DNA of 64,000 nucleotides, taken from Trichinella spiralis. Its lineage: Eukaryota. Shown piece after piece: positions 49,904-64,000 of this stretch. Location of the stretch: contig NW_003526941.1 in assembly GCF_000181795.1 (NCBI RefSeq), positions 10,096,493-10,160,492 of the forward strand, written 5' to 3'. The notes under the pieces were generated by a model. It was not told the DNA's origin. It saw only the letters and a list, made by a program, of their open reading frames with translations, and made no database searches. Positions within the stretch are counted from its first letter, which is position 1. Every line of letters starts with the position of its first letter. Made by a program: the position numbers and the translations under genes.

Positions 49904-52900
49904 TCACAGATCGTGGTAGTTGACGTAGGTATTCATGGCCAATGAATTCACTCCAATGGAGCTCAGATTTCCGGGAAAGTACTTTTTCTCCACTGCAATC
50001 GGATTCAAACATCCTACCGACATTGGAATCGGATGGAAGCAGCTTACAGTAGACGTGGTGACTGCACTGTTGTTCATTGTATCTGACGAATAGGGATCGA
50101 TCATCTCTTCCACTTTTATTGTATGGCCAAGCAACGACATGCTGCTGGTGTTGTTGTTGTTGTTGATGATAATGTTGTTGTTGTTGGTGGTGGTGGTGTT
50201 GTTTACTTCAATGCAACTGGTCACTGTCGGCTTACGATCACCATTATCTGATTCACCTAGATTATCCAAATCGGTGACGTTCACACATCGATCATTGGCA
50301 CGTGTAGAAGAACTACGATTACCGTCCGTTGAATCATTTGAACTAGAGAAAAAGAAAACAAAATTAACAATATAACGATTGGATGAAATGTTTTTCCAAA
50401 CTGCACGCATGATACATTGAAAAGCATTATTGGAATTTGTCTGCATTGGATGTATGTCGGCTATTTATGCTAAAATTTGCAACTGAATGTTACTTCACCG
50501 GCTGACTAATCTGATTTGAAGAACCTGTTGTCGTGGACGAACTTAAATTCCTGAAATTGATATCAATTTTCATTATTTTCCACCTCAGCCGTAGGAATTT
50601 ATCGCATTCATCTATCTATCCAGTGTGGTGCATCGATAAATTGATACATGATTTTATAATAAACTTTTTTTACTTTTTCATCCTATGCAGCTTTTGTTAG
50701 CAGAGGATCCGATTACATCACAACGGCAGATTTGACCACAGAGAAATTTGACCAGGGCTGTCTGATTTCACCGTGAAAACTGATATTTGAAGAGCTAAAG
50801 CATGCTGTGGTTTGACAGAATAATAATATGAAAAAAAAATTTTTTTTTCCAAAAATCATCACCACACCCACTGAATATTGTTTGGGTATAGCAAGCAGTG
50901 AAATGCCAACGTTCGAGGGATCTGAGTTTTTGCTTTTACATTTAATATCATTTCCAATGATATACCGACCGATCATTGATCTGTAATGATCCAGTGGAAA
51001 TTTGTTCCAATACTTAAAAAAATGGATGAGAAGAAGAAAAAATTAGCAAAAAAAATTCACAATTGTACAGAGAAGAGGGGATTTATCGAAATGAAGAAAT
51101 TGAATGAAAGGAGAATATGTGGAAACTTTATCATAGAAATGAAGTGAAAAGTGAAAATTGGAAAACCAAGAATGGAATGTTGATGATTTTTCGATGAAAA
51201 TCCATGCAATTTTATAAAATGGCATAATTTTTCCATTGAAATTTGAAAAACTTTTTCCCTTTTTTCCAACACTACCCAATGGCGATTGTTTTTTCGATAT
51301 TGAATTAGTTTTCCATTTTAAGAGAACAGTTTTAATGTATAATGTACAGTGGGCGTGGGCATAGTTTGATAAGAAGCAGAAACGCTTATTGACAACCGTT
51401 GATCGATTGATGATTGTCTAGCAAACATATGCAGAGTTGAGTTGAATGGACGGGCATATGTAACTTTTGTATTTGAAAATTACAAAGGGGAAAAGAAAAA
51501 GATGATATGGAACTTACCAATCTTTGGCTTCGGCAGCACGATCTCGTTGCCGACGATTTTTGAACCAATTACTCACTTGGGTGGTGGTCAAGCCGGTCGC
51601 TTCGGCCAAATCTCGCTTTTCCCTAGGACTGGGATACGGGTTGTGTGTATACCAGTCGCGTAGTATGCTGCGCGATTTCTCTTTGAAACAATAGCTAGTC
51701 TCTTCTCCATCCCAGATGGTTCTCGGTAGTGGAAATTTCCTCCGAACGCGATATTTACCGACAGCTCCCAGTGGTCGTCCGCGCAGCTTTTCCGCTTCGA
51801 TGTAGTGGGCTTTAAGCCAGAGTGCTTGCAATTTTGGATGATTTTCCGGTGAAAATTGATGACTCTCCAACACTTGGTACATCTCCTTGAAATTACCGTT
51901 GTGGAAGGCGACCAACGCTTTGGCTCGCAGCACGGTCTCGTTGTTGTGCAATTCTTCGCACACTGGCAACGACCAGAGGAAACGAGCCAGACGTTGCACA
52001 TTTCCCGACTGTTGCAGTACTTCACATACACAAGCTACTTGTTCCTGAAAATAGTAAGGATAATTGTCCATTTTCCTTCTTCTTCTTCTTCTTCTACACA
52101 GCCCACAATGGCTTTGTATTGGAATTGTGAATTTTTCAACTTAGAATATGGTAAAATTGCCACCGGAGAGAGTAAGCTGGTCGATCTTATTTCGTATATA
52201 GCTGCCGTGATATGGTTGCACGAATTACTTTACTCCGCGCAGCTGTGTCATCAATGGCACAGCTTTGAAAACAGTTTCATTCTATTTGTTTTGTTGCATG
52301 TTTTTTATTCCCTTTTTATAATATTACATATTGTTAACAGTAATAATAATAATAATAATAATTGTTGCTATCCATTACGGTGAATATATATATATATATA
52401 CAAATACAATCCCGTACAATTTGATTACACACATGTAATGATGATTCAAGCAAGAATTGCAACGAAAATTTCATTGGGTGAATAATTATTATTTGAAAAC
52501 CAAGACATCTTTTAATTTGATTTATTTTTGTTTATTTATTTGTACTTTAATGTTAAAATTGCACCCGTGGAATGTGTTTATTAATTTAATTGATAATTAA
52601 TTATGAAACAAAAAAAATTTTTTTTCTTTCCCCTAAAAATATTGTTTTTCAACAATCTTATAGTGAAATTGTGTTGTATAATTAATGAATTTATTTATTT
52701 ATTTATTGATATGTATAACATGGTTTATTATTATTTTCTTATTTTGTTCATTTGCTCTGCATTGACTTTTGAGAGCTATGAAGCTGTTGTTTGCTTTTGT
52801 TGAAGAGAGAGAGAGAGAGGTGAACAGAGTGAATTGTGTGTCAAGCAAACAGTTTGGAAACTATAACCTACCGTTGGATGCTTCGGTGATGGAAAATGAT

Positions 52901-53155
52901 TTTCAATTTCAATCATAATATTTCCTTTTTCATCACTGTAATTATAATATGACCAATAGTATTGTGTTTCGATTGATCAATTAATTTGTTTATAATAATA
53001 TATTTTTTGATTAATCAAAATGAAAAATTGAATATGCTTTTTATTTGGATAAATCATATAATAATTACCTGGGTAAAGCCGAACGATGACGCTTGGGCAA
53101 TGTTTGTCATAGTGTTGGGGACGGTCATCGACTCACAGTTATGAACGGCATTCAT
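49904..53155 (-). CDS. SIX1: SIX1/2 (sine oculis)-class homeobox protein, 3 coding exons
   Basis: Exons 53155-53069 (...SFGFTQ), 52044-51518 ([13 protein letters not shown] domain, ETSY tetrapeptide, K50 homeodomain WFKNRRQRD) and 50342-49904, with consistent phases. Confidence 0.95.
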
Positions 53156-56100
53156 TTGTACAATGCTGCATGGAATAATAATAAAATAAATAATAATACG
53201 AGTTGAAATTAATGAATGAATTTACCTACAGTTGTAATGATTGCTGAGAAAACAGTGCAAGTAAGAGGATAGCTTTAATAATAATAATAATAATTTAGTC
53301 TAGCCAACAGCAGACAGGGACAGATAAATGCATATGCAGAAGAAGGATATAGTAGTAATAGTAGTGTAGTGGTGGTGGTAGCAATAGCAATAGCAGTAGC
53401 AGTAGCAGCAGCAGCAGCAGCAGAAGCAGTGATAGCAGTGCAGTGATGATGATGATTATGATGATGATGGTGGTGGTGGTGGTGGTGTGCAGTTTTTGTT
53501 CACGTGCTGGCGTTTGGCTTTTCGACGTTCGCTAGTCACAGCCGCCTAGCGTTCGTCAAGTCTATTGTTTCACAGTTTGGCGATTGTTTTCTCTGCGGCC
53601 ATGCCTGTTTACTCTTGCCTCTTCGATGGCTTGCCGGCACCTTCGACTACGGCCGTCGACCGAAATTTGATCCCACCGCACACTTGTGCCGTTAGCTGAC
53701 CACTGTCCACTTGCCACTGACCACTGACCACCACCGTCGTCGTCGTTATCAACTGATGTAATTTGGAATGTCTCGTTGAATTTCAATTTTTCTCTCCAAC
53801 CTCCAACTCTGTCGACATTGAATCGTATTACAGATTGATGTAGAAATTTGCATATTACAAATACTAAATAAATAAATAAGTATATGTATATATGATCAAT
53901 AATGAAAAGGAAAAAAATTGTTTTTTTTAAACATTAATTTCATCGACAACATCATAATAAGCATATATGATTGTTGGAAAATTGAATTTTCACCATTTTT
54001 TCCACCGTTGTTAGTTTTTCAATTTTACAAAATGTTCTACATTGCAGCATGTTTGTGTGGCAAAGTTTACCGATTGATTAGTGTGCGAAATTTTGTTGTG
54101 TATTTATCTGTGAAGCATGTTTTGAAATTAAATATCTGCAAAGCATTGCGTATCTAACTGTATTACGATTTTATTTTCTTTTTTTTTAAAATATATTATT
54201 ATAAGAATGGAGAAATTTGAAATTCCCAAAAAAAATATGTATCTAATAATAATTCAGTTGCGGTATAAATTTATCTGCATCGTGTTGTTGTTGCAATGGC
54301 TTTGTTGATTTGCTTTTTTTATTTTGCTTTTTATTATTAACATCTTTTTAATTGTGTCTCACATGCATATGAGGAAGTTGGAAAATAATTTGCTTTCAAT
54401 ATTTGTTTTCTTTTCACTATGAGCAGACGTATCCCTAACAAGAACAGCAAGCAACTTTTTTGGGATATAACTGGAAATATTTTTAGCTGTAAAATGAAAA
54501 ATTATTATTTTAATTAAGAAAAAAATCTGTATGCAATTAAAAACGTAATACAGAATATAGACAAATGAAAATTTTCCTCATTATTTTTTTTCATCACTAT
54601 TAGTGACGTTCAATGAAAATTTGTACAACAGTTAGATTGTTTGTTTTTTTTATAACTATTATTACAAAATTTGAAAAAAAATAAGGCCAGACTTTTTCCT
54701 AACTGCATAACAACATTATGCGATACATCAAATATTTATTGTTCTTTTTTTCTCGTAAAATAAATATTTTTTATGATGATGGTTAATGTCGACTTTTTAA
54801 TGTAGAATCATTGGAAAACGTTTTGTTAGATTGTTTGATTTAAAAATAACGTACTGTTTTTTCTATATAACGTTGATTTCTAATCTCTGTTATAACACGC
54901 ATATTCAACGTTTTTTACTGCTCTCTTAATGCATACATGCCGTATCACTTATACATGCATGCATGTGTGTAAATAAATACCTGCAAAAATTTGCATGGAT
55001 ACAATTCACGTATAATAATGTTTGCCCACATTGTGCTGCCGATAATGAATGAATAGTGTTTTTTTTCACCGTTTTTTGTTACAATTAAGAAGAAGATATT
55101 TTTTTTGTTGTTTCAAGGAAGAAAAATAAATGAGTTGCATAATACATAATTAACCTGTATGTATAATACAGTAGTGGATCGATGATTGTAGGTGGTGAAA
55201 ATGCAAAATCAAATTGTCCGTGTTGTGACGAAAAGTTTTTTCAATAACGTGATTGGTTGATTGTTTTTACATAATTTAACAGTAATTTTTTAACAGTCAT
55301 GATTGTTAGCTATTGTTTGTGCAAGTTCGCGCATAGTTTTCGATTTTTTAGAATGAGCATTTGCATGCTTTATGTAAAAAATTTCCACTTTGAAGTTTTC
55401 GAATTTTTTAATTTATATTCGATATATGATGGATAGTTTAGCTGTTTTTCTTCAAATATGAGAAAATTTCAAATTTTAAAGTTTTTCATTTTTGAAAATT
55501 ATGCAAGTTCTTTTTGTTTTGTTTGTTTTCATCAACTTTTTTGAAGATTATATTTTAATTTGCATTGTAAAGTTTGACATTATCATTTTTATTATGACAA
55601 TGCGTTCTTCAAGTGGGGATTCTTTGCAGAGTCAGAAACTTTCCATTTTCGAACAACCATTGTTGGAACTTGTTGATTCTACTTGGCCGACCTGTTTTAT
55701 TAGTTGTAAGTAGAATTTGCAAAATTGAAATTGCTGTCATTAGGGCTGAATTCAAACTCAGAACTGTGTTAATGGAATTTATGCATACGGCCATTATTAT
55801 TATTATTATTATTATTATGATTTATTATATGCCAAGTTTACTGTTGCTGTCATTCACTACTGCTCCGCGTTGCGTTCGTGGTTTGTGTATCTCAGAATTG
55901 AGGGGGGAGGAGATTTTCGCCTTTTCATATTTCAAGAAAAACTGAAAAAGAAAAACAGCCGGATGGATATTTCCCAACCCTCACTTCTCGCGTATGTTTG
56001 ACGATCTGACCAAGCGATGGACGAACGGCAACAGCCGCCTTCGGTTTGGCCGAATGGTGAAACATGAGCTTACCCAAGCGCGGGCTGCTTTCTGGCAGGT

Positions 56101-59100
56101 GGCAAAAACACAGCTGAACAAACGTGATACTACTTGCTGTTATTTGGATACCATTCGGGTCATTTGGGCGGAAGTTTGACCGGAAGTCTGACGCCCCCCA
56201 AACCCCCTCCGGTAGGTCAGTAGTCAATGGAAGTTGTCATTGACAGCATTCATAGTGGTAGTAGTAATTTCTTTGAATAGCAAGAAGCAGATTAAAAATT
56301 TCACTCAAATTTTTTTTTCTCAAAATTTACCATTATTTTTCTGATGAATTCTTATTTTATTATTATTACTTTATTTGAAAAATTTTTATGCAGCACTTAC
56401 ACACACAGACACAAACAAGCGTGCATATATGTATATTTGCATATTATGGTTTGTAGTACAGTGAAATTGATGCAGAATTTAACAAAATTAAACATTCATT
56501 GCTCTCAAGTTAAATTATTATTTTACTTTGTCAACAAATTCAAAGTCACTTGTATTTCAATTGGTTTCACAAATCAAAAAAAAGATTATGATTGTTTCTC
56601 TTTCTCATAAGTGTATGTATTTTGTGTTCTGTTCTCATACAGATCATAAATTTGTACGCAATCATAGCATGATAGGACAAAACAAAAATTTTCAACTTTC
56701 ATTAGTTTGACTTTTTTTCTTTCTTTAATTGTGTGAAATTTGTATTCCAGCATCTGTTGCCGCCATTTTTAAAACAACCTTATTACATTTAGATTACTGT
56801 ATTTTTTAAAAATTTCCATTCTGCCGCTAAATATAATTTATTTGTGTCTTAGAAAACGCCGAGACAATTTTCTTCAGTACTTTTGAATTTTTGACATTTA
56901 AGAAATTATAATATTTACAATTATACAGAAGCATACATCTTTGTTGAATAGCTTTTGAAAGAAAAACTTAACCAGTTCACATATTTACAGTTTTAATGAA
57001 TGTGCTAGAATTTTTTTTCATATTATGAGTTTATTTTTTTAATGAAAGTAGCTTAATAAATTTTAATATTTCAAATGACTGTGAAGTGAAAAATCGTAAA
57101 AGAATTTAGAATTGTAAATTAAAATTTAATTATTCTTCACTGCAATTTTTTATCAAAAAATTTACTTATTGAGTTTTGTAAATTTCGAAATACGCTACAA
57201 AAATTGTAAATTTATCAGAACGGAAACCAGCAATTTTCTTCATTCTTATTTTTCCATTTCAATCTGAAATCTGAAGACAGCACTTTCCACTTTAAAGTTG
57301 CTTGCTTTTGTGCAGGTTTTCATTCATAGTCTTGCTACACTGAACAATTCGAACGTTTCTGATAATTATCACAATTCTATGGAAATGTATACAAGTTTTC
57401 TTTTAAGAAGCATTTTATTTGTTTTTCTTTTCTAATAACTAACTTTTCACTGACTTTAAACTATATAATAATAATAAACTTTACTAACATTGTAAATCAT
57501 TCTAATTGTACTTGATTATTATCTTATTAATTATTGTTATGTGGGTTTTATGTCACTTATTTGAAAGCTGAACTTGTGAAAAACATTTTATGTTGCTGTT
57601 GTTATTATTTTTATTTTAATATCATGAATGATTAATAAAAGTGAACGTGCGGTGCAAGTGATAAGTGTCAACTGTCATAGATAATTCTTTAGACAAGTGA
57701 AATTAATTTTGCAATCACTTGACCCTATGATAGACATGGCAATAACTAAGAGCAATAATATTTCCGAATGACCACTTGCATTGTTTTTGATTATTATTTG
57801 AATTGCCTGTCGCACCGGGATGCAATTTGCAATGCTACAATGAGGCTACGTTGTCCAGATCGATGTGGCGTCGCTTTTCAATTATTAGCCATGTAATACA
57901 ATTTAACATATCCCACGATTCAATTATTTTGACAATACATTTATTTATTGTTATTTTATTTGTTTCTCTTGTCTGCTTCTAGTTCGGTTGTATTGGATAA
58001 ATGCAATTTTTTCCATTTAATAGGTGTTCCATTATTTTAGAGGTCTATTTCTTGTAGTGGAAATTTTGAAATTTTTAATTAATTTTTTTTCATTTTCATC
58101 AAACTCGTAAACTATTTTCATAATACACTGCTGATATCGTAGTATTTTATCATTTTAAATGTAATGTTAAAGAGATGTTTCTATATTTTGAACGCTAAAA
58201 TGCTAAAAATCAATAAATGCATGTATCTGTAATGTTAAATCATGTCATTTCGTTTTGTCTTAAAGTTGATTTAAAATAAAACAATAAAAGTTGATCAGTC
58301 TTCGAAAGGAAAAAGGCAAATTAAAATAAGCATGACACATGTGAATGGTATGTATGCACAGGGCAAGGTTCGTCTCAGCTTACACGCAAGGAGTCCAATT
58401 TGCAGAATATCTGACACTTTGTCGTGTCCACTTCACGGTCCATTGCGAGTGACCGCGTGAGCAATTAGGCGATTTTCTGAGGTAATTCACTGATTGCTTG
58501 GCTGTTGGTTTCTTTTGTCATACGACTCCTGAACGAATGCATAATGAATTGATTGTGCAAGCCGCTTGACCCTGGTTTTGCATCAAACCCCCCCCCTCTC
58601 CCCATTCCACCTTGTCCAGAAAAGCTTATATTAGGTCAGTTGTTTCGTTTTCGTTCAAGCAGTTAGCTCTTTTATAATTTTTTGTTCATTTTCTACTTTT
58701 GCTTTTTTTCACTTGCATGAATACATCTGCATTATCATAGCAACTTATTATCACTTTTCATGGATTTTTTCCTTGTTTACACTTTACATTATAGATTATT
58801 ATTGTAATTGTTGTACAGAAATTGATTTGTGTGTGTGTGTGTGTGTGCCCCGTTCGAAATTTATATTCTACATAAAATGTTCACGCTATATGTTATACAG
58901 TTATAGTCAAATAAAAACATCAGTGTTTACTGTAAAAATTCATCCATTAATTTTAGAATAAAAGCGCTCATTAATTTTTTTAAAATGAACTCTTGTTTAT
59001 GACAAAACGCGTGTTGTTTTTTTTGTCAAAAATTCCCAGCTTAAGTTTCAGGTTTACTTTTTATAACAGTTTTAGTCACGTTTATTATAAGGGGATCAAA

Positions 59101-61305
59101 TATTGTGTAAAGTTGAGAAGCATGCATATGAGAAAATGGAAATCGCTGCTGCTGTTGATTTAGTTTTTCCATTTCATTCACGCATATAATTGTTGCGTAA
59201 AATTGTTTGTTTTCTTGTTCTGATGGAAAAATTTGATCTGCTCAGTGAGTCAAGATCTGCTTAAATTTGAATATTTTTAGCGCAGTTTTTGAATTTTTTT
59301 TCTTCATCATAAACATTGTAAAAAAGAAAATCCACGCTGTATTGTCGTCACTGTGCGTGTGTGACCTGAGTTGTTCAATGGTTGCAAAACTGAGGGGGGT
59401 CTTTGAATCCAGGGAAAGGGGGAGGGGAGGAGGAACACATCCAGGCTTTGGTTTTTTATTGTTCACAGACGGATATAATTTCGACCAGCTGAAGGCGTTG
59501 GCAGATGGTTCCGGCCGTCCGTAGGTAAACAAGCATGTTCACCTTTTAATGGATGTGCACTTTGGTCGCCTGTGCGCGACGGTTCAGTGGCAGAAGGCGT
59601 TGAAGTGGAAAAGCACGGACGGTCATCTGGGCTATTTTGCCTGCATCGATTCATCTCCACTCTTGCACAGCTTCACATCCATCTATCTGATTTATTCACT
59701 CTGGCTAGAGTAGATGATATGCACTTTGCTGTTTGCTGTTGTTGAACTGTTTGAATTTTTAGTCATCAAAACATGCTTCTCAACATTCAAAGCCGCCACA
59801 AATTTGGCCACTGTTTGAGTTGAACTAGTTTTTGATGTTAATAATTTTATGCTAATTTAATTTTAAAAAAATTTGCACAACTGAGAAGGAAACTGCGGGT
59901 GCGTTCGTATATCTGCTAATTATTATTATTATTATTATTATTCAGTATTTACTTGAGCATCAGTTATAAGTTGAAATTAATGCAAAATGATGAAAATTCA
60001 TTATTTTTCTTTAACTTTGTTTTGCTTTAATAATGTTAAATTTGTTAAAATAAAATGAGTAGTGAAATTTGAAATTGGAATTGTTTTGCATTGTGCTTGA
60101 CTTGAAATTGCTTGGTTATGTAGTCCGTATTTGATAAAATTGATTGGAAAAGCCGCTGATCAGTAGCTAGTAAGTACTGTTTTATGATTTGTCGTTTTTG
60201 TGATGCTGAATCAGTGATCCGTTGAATGGCATTGTCAAGTAGAAACGGTAGTATGAAATTGCAACTGAACCAACCATTTTGCAAGCATGTTTTGAGCTCA
60301 ACTGCCAAATTGGGACTGTTGAAAATGTTAATGTTAAAATAGCAATTATTTATTTTGTTTATTTTATACAATTTGAATTTAGTTATAAGCTGTTTCAAAA
60401 TGTTACACAAGGTTTTTTATTGAAGGTTTTCTGCTTTCAAATAGAAAAAAGTATCATGAGGCAGTTTATGGCTATGCTGACATTTGCAATGCAATATTAT
60501 TGAACACAAAGAAGCCATGGCGGCAGTGATGAATTTTATTGTTGTTTTATTTCATATTATTAGATTCTTGTTTTGATCAAAGGAATTTTTTCTTCTTCCT
60601 CTTTTTGGGAAAGCAAATTGGTGTACATTTGAGCGGAATGAATTAACTTGATTCTTCCAAATAGCTTAGCTGTTGGCGGCGGAACTTTTGTTACGTCACC
60701 AAACTGTGGAACAGTAGAATATCTTTGAGCCGTGTGTGTTTGAGCTTTTTCATTATAAAATTGAGCGGGATTTTTCGCTCATAGTGTGTTTGCTGTTAGA
60801 TGTGCTTAATTAAACTGGTTAAGCAGAATCTTCCTCGACTAACGCGACGATTTATTTGGTGACACGATCAACGCGACGATCAATTTACCATTTTCCTTGC
60901 CCATTGGCAGGGCGTTTAATTTCCATATATTCGACATATTTGTTTTTAATTCTCCGTTTATAGTGATTTTCTTGAACACGGATAAGCTTTGTCATTTTGA
61001 AGCTTGTATTCATTGCAGTTGTTGCGTATTTCTAGTCGTGAATTCTAACCAATCAAAACTGGCGGATGTTGGCTCTGCTGTACAAGGAGAGAGAAGGGGA
61101 CGGAGACTTGGACATAGAAGCTTGTATTTGACCCGAAACGCGGCTTGCTTCTTGTTGTTTGTCTGTTGGTATGTTCTGATTTGCTTATAAATTGTAATTA
61201 AATAAACAAATACATATATATATATATATATATTCAAGGATTGAAGCATTTTTCTATTTGGAACATCAATTGTGAGAGTTAAAGTTTTTGATTGGCCATT
61301 GTGCC

Positions 61306-61479
61306 ATGCGAACAGTCACTACTATGGCCGTACTGTATGCACTTTGTGCTTTCGTCTGGCCTAACTCCGGTGAATGGCTTTCGAACAGTGGCAAGCCGAG
61401 TAAGCTTTTTAAAATGTTTTTTTATAAAGGATAATATTTTCTTTCATTTTTTGAAATTATGTATCTTGGTAGTGTTATT

Positions 61480-61510
<31 letters not shown>

Positions 61511-63987
61511 CAGTCGAAGTTCGATGTCTTATTTTGTCATTGGCATGTTAACGCTTAAATAAGATTTATTGCTTTGACAAAAGTACTGCTTGTATAAAGT
61601 CGGCGGTGTCAAAGAAAAGGAAAACAGGTTGACACAGTGAAGCATATGGCTGACAAAGACCTTCACCTTGGTCAATATCTGTTCTCTTTTGGATGCGTTC
61701 ATTATTCCGTTGCTTGTACAGTTATAGTTCTGTACTGCTCTTCTTATTATAATTGATAATTTGCTCTTTTTGTTTGAATTGCATTAATTTTTTTGAATCT
61801 TTGCAAAATGTCATGTAATATTAAAAACAGGGATGATATTAATCAAGGATGAGATGTTCTTGTAAAGAAAATATTTATAATAATAATTATTATTATTGTT
61901 AACAATAATAAACACTGCTGCTGAGTAAGAATATCCAAGCTGAACGGTACATGATAATTTGCTTAAATAATTGCTATGAATGAATGAACAACATTGAAAA
62001 TCTCTGTCAGCAGTAAAATTGAAAGCCAAAAATTTTTTTTCCAAGGAGAGAAATTCGTTATATGTAATTTTGTTTTTTGGAAATGTTGTCTACAATTTCA
62101 TTAGTTCAGCTTTCTTTGGTTATTCCTTATTCCAGATGGTCCTTTATTCTGTCATTACAGTCCGTGTTATAAAGTTATTCTTACAGAAAGCTGTTGTGGC
62201 CAAAATGTGAAGAATAAAAGCAATTCAAATTGTTCCATTAATTGTATTGGCATTGATTTTTCATTTCATTACTTCGACTGGCTTGTTTAGCCGTTGAAGC
62301 CGTAGCTGCATTTTGGTTTTTGTCCATTTCTTTATTCTTCCAGTAGTCATTCGGCAAAATCGATGTGCTCATAATAATATTAGATATTGTTTTTATTCTA
62401 TTTTTTTTCAACTCTGCTTGTATGGATTTTCGCACGACTGCTCCGCTTTCTTTTTTAATTTTGGGCAAATTTTGTACTGTCCAATTGCTAGCTGTTGGAC
62501 CGTATGATGCAATTTGTCACAGCGGCACTTTTAAATTCATTTTCAACAGCTATTTCCTCTGACCACCAGGTCATTACATGATGAATGTTCTATGATTGAC
62601 CTTCGTCTTTTCTGACATCAAGTTTTCCCTCCATCGTTGCAGTGAAATTTTGTGATGTGACATTTTATTTTTATTATTATTATTATTACAAATTGTCGAG
62701 GTTGTTCATGATAAAAAAAGAAAACATCCTGCAGAGCGGAAATTATTTTGACCTTTGGCTTTTTATGAATTAATAAAGCGTAGGTTGCATGCAACTTGTA
62801 TTAATTTGTTGTACCTGCAGTCAACCATTGTGTAAAGTTGAGAAGCAAAAGAAGCATGCATATATATATATATATGATGATGAATTTCAAGCTAATCTAA
62901 AGCTTTTTTTCACTTGTTAAACTTGAACAGCTTATAGATACAATTCAATTGTCATAGATTTGGGCGATCTGCTTGATTGTGAAGTATTTTTTCCACGTAC
63001 GGGAATGCGTTCTCAGCTGTTGGCTCGTGAAGGACGCCACGGTCAAAAGTCGGTCCCTTTTAAACTTTGGATTCAATGGGCAATCGATTCAGGCAAAAGT
63101 ATACGCTTTGTTTTATTTAAAATTTCTAATATATATTCATATATTTTTATTGATAATTTTTGATTTTGATGAAATTTAGCCGTGAGAATTTATGTTCGAG
63201 AAAATCAACTAATTCGGCCAGTGTTGCAGTATTTGCACAGTGTCAGCCGACGATTAAGCCAGCTAATTGTTCATGCGGATCTTTTTCGTGATAACTGTGG
63301 CAAGCAGGTGATTTCATTTAGTTTTGCATACAAATTGGGAATCGGTTTTTTTTCTTTTACTTTTTTTGTAGCTTTCCTTAGATCCCCAATTATTTGTTAA
63401 ATTGGTGGATGAATTGGTGCCGAATGCGTTCATTTCGATCGGTTGGACTAGCCCGATCGATGAAACAAAGCCGTGCGTTGAAAAGTAAATTTGATGAAAA
63501 ATTAATGTTTGTTTATTTTTTTAATATTAATTTTACTTTATTTCAAGATATACTTGGAGCAAAGTATTTCAAATGCTACGACTCACGTATGAACTTCCAC
63601 AAGCGGTTATTTATTCACTTTCACTTCGTAAAGTATGATGGATAATTTTATAATTTTGAACGAACGAATTAATAAATAATAATTAAAATTGTTGTCGTTT
63701 ATGTTTAGCTAATATGTATGTGTAGGCTTTGATTTTGATTGAATGAGGAAATTTTTGTTCAGGCATTGCAATCCATTGAAGAGTTGCATTGGTTATTGAA
63801 TTGTCGATCTGGTTCGTATGCGGTTGTTGGTGAAGAAGATCATCAATGGCTGCTGAACGGTGCCGAATTAAACACGGTGCTGCAATTGGGCAGGTTTGGT
63901 TTGAAATTGAACATGTTGGGCAAAGTGCAGAAGAAAAACTACGGCGCCATGTTGACCCACTCTTCTTGGCCAAAATCTTTAGCTCAA
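61306..63987 (+). CDS. FAM151/menorin (DUF2181) family secreted protein, 3'-partial
   Basis: Signal-peptide exon 61306-61399, then 62958-63098, 63180-63307, 63372-~63484, ~63549-63631, 63763-63987 in frame. Motifs LIVHADLF, DPQLFVKLVDELVPNAFISIGWTS, YTWSKVFQM...LPQAV, SIEELHWLL match the FAM151 pattern. Confidence 0.75.
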
Positions 63988-64000
63988 GTGAGTATCTGTC

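Noticed and set aside
55925..56227. 100-aa and 61-aa ORFs in a GC-richer island
   Set aside because: No recognisable motif or splice partners. Treated as probable regulatory DNA.
62238..62468. Nested minus-strand ORF in intron 1 of the FAM151-like gene
   Set aside because: TTG start, upstream in-frame stop, low complexity and no recognised homology.
63683..63973. 96-aa minus-strand ORF
   Set aside because: Antisense shadow of the + strand FAM151-like exon 63763-63987.

Overview
AT-rich eukaryotic DNA with short GT-AG introns (often 50-110 nt) and TTTCAG/TTTTAG acceptors. Composition and gene content point to a nematode, probably a clade I Trichinella-like species (inference, not verified). 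Three 10-N gaps lie at 1300-1309, 3922-3931 and 23777-23786. Spliced by eye, the window holds about ten genes: two paralogous orphan Cys-rich secreted/membrane proteins, Pygopus, a small FAM195/MCRIP-like gene directly upstream of POLR1E/RPA49, MGME1, EHBP1, a tandem-BTB protein, WDR83, a SIX1/2-class homeobox gene and a partial FAM151/menorin-family gene. The most unusual part is a composite repeat at 1310-~3300 and ~21170-23776. It has a ~224-bp palindromic unit packed with GCC(N3/4)GGC and ATGCAAAT motifs, adjacent arrays of consensus 5' splice-site (U1-complementary) motifs, and long diverged inverted arms that carry a degenerate small coding module. A separate near-identical 1.3-kb inverted duplication (1-1299 vs 15411-16680) may be partly an assembly artefact.
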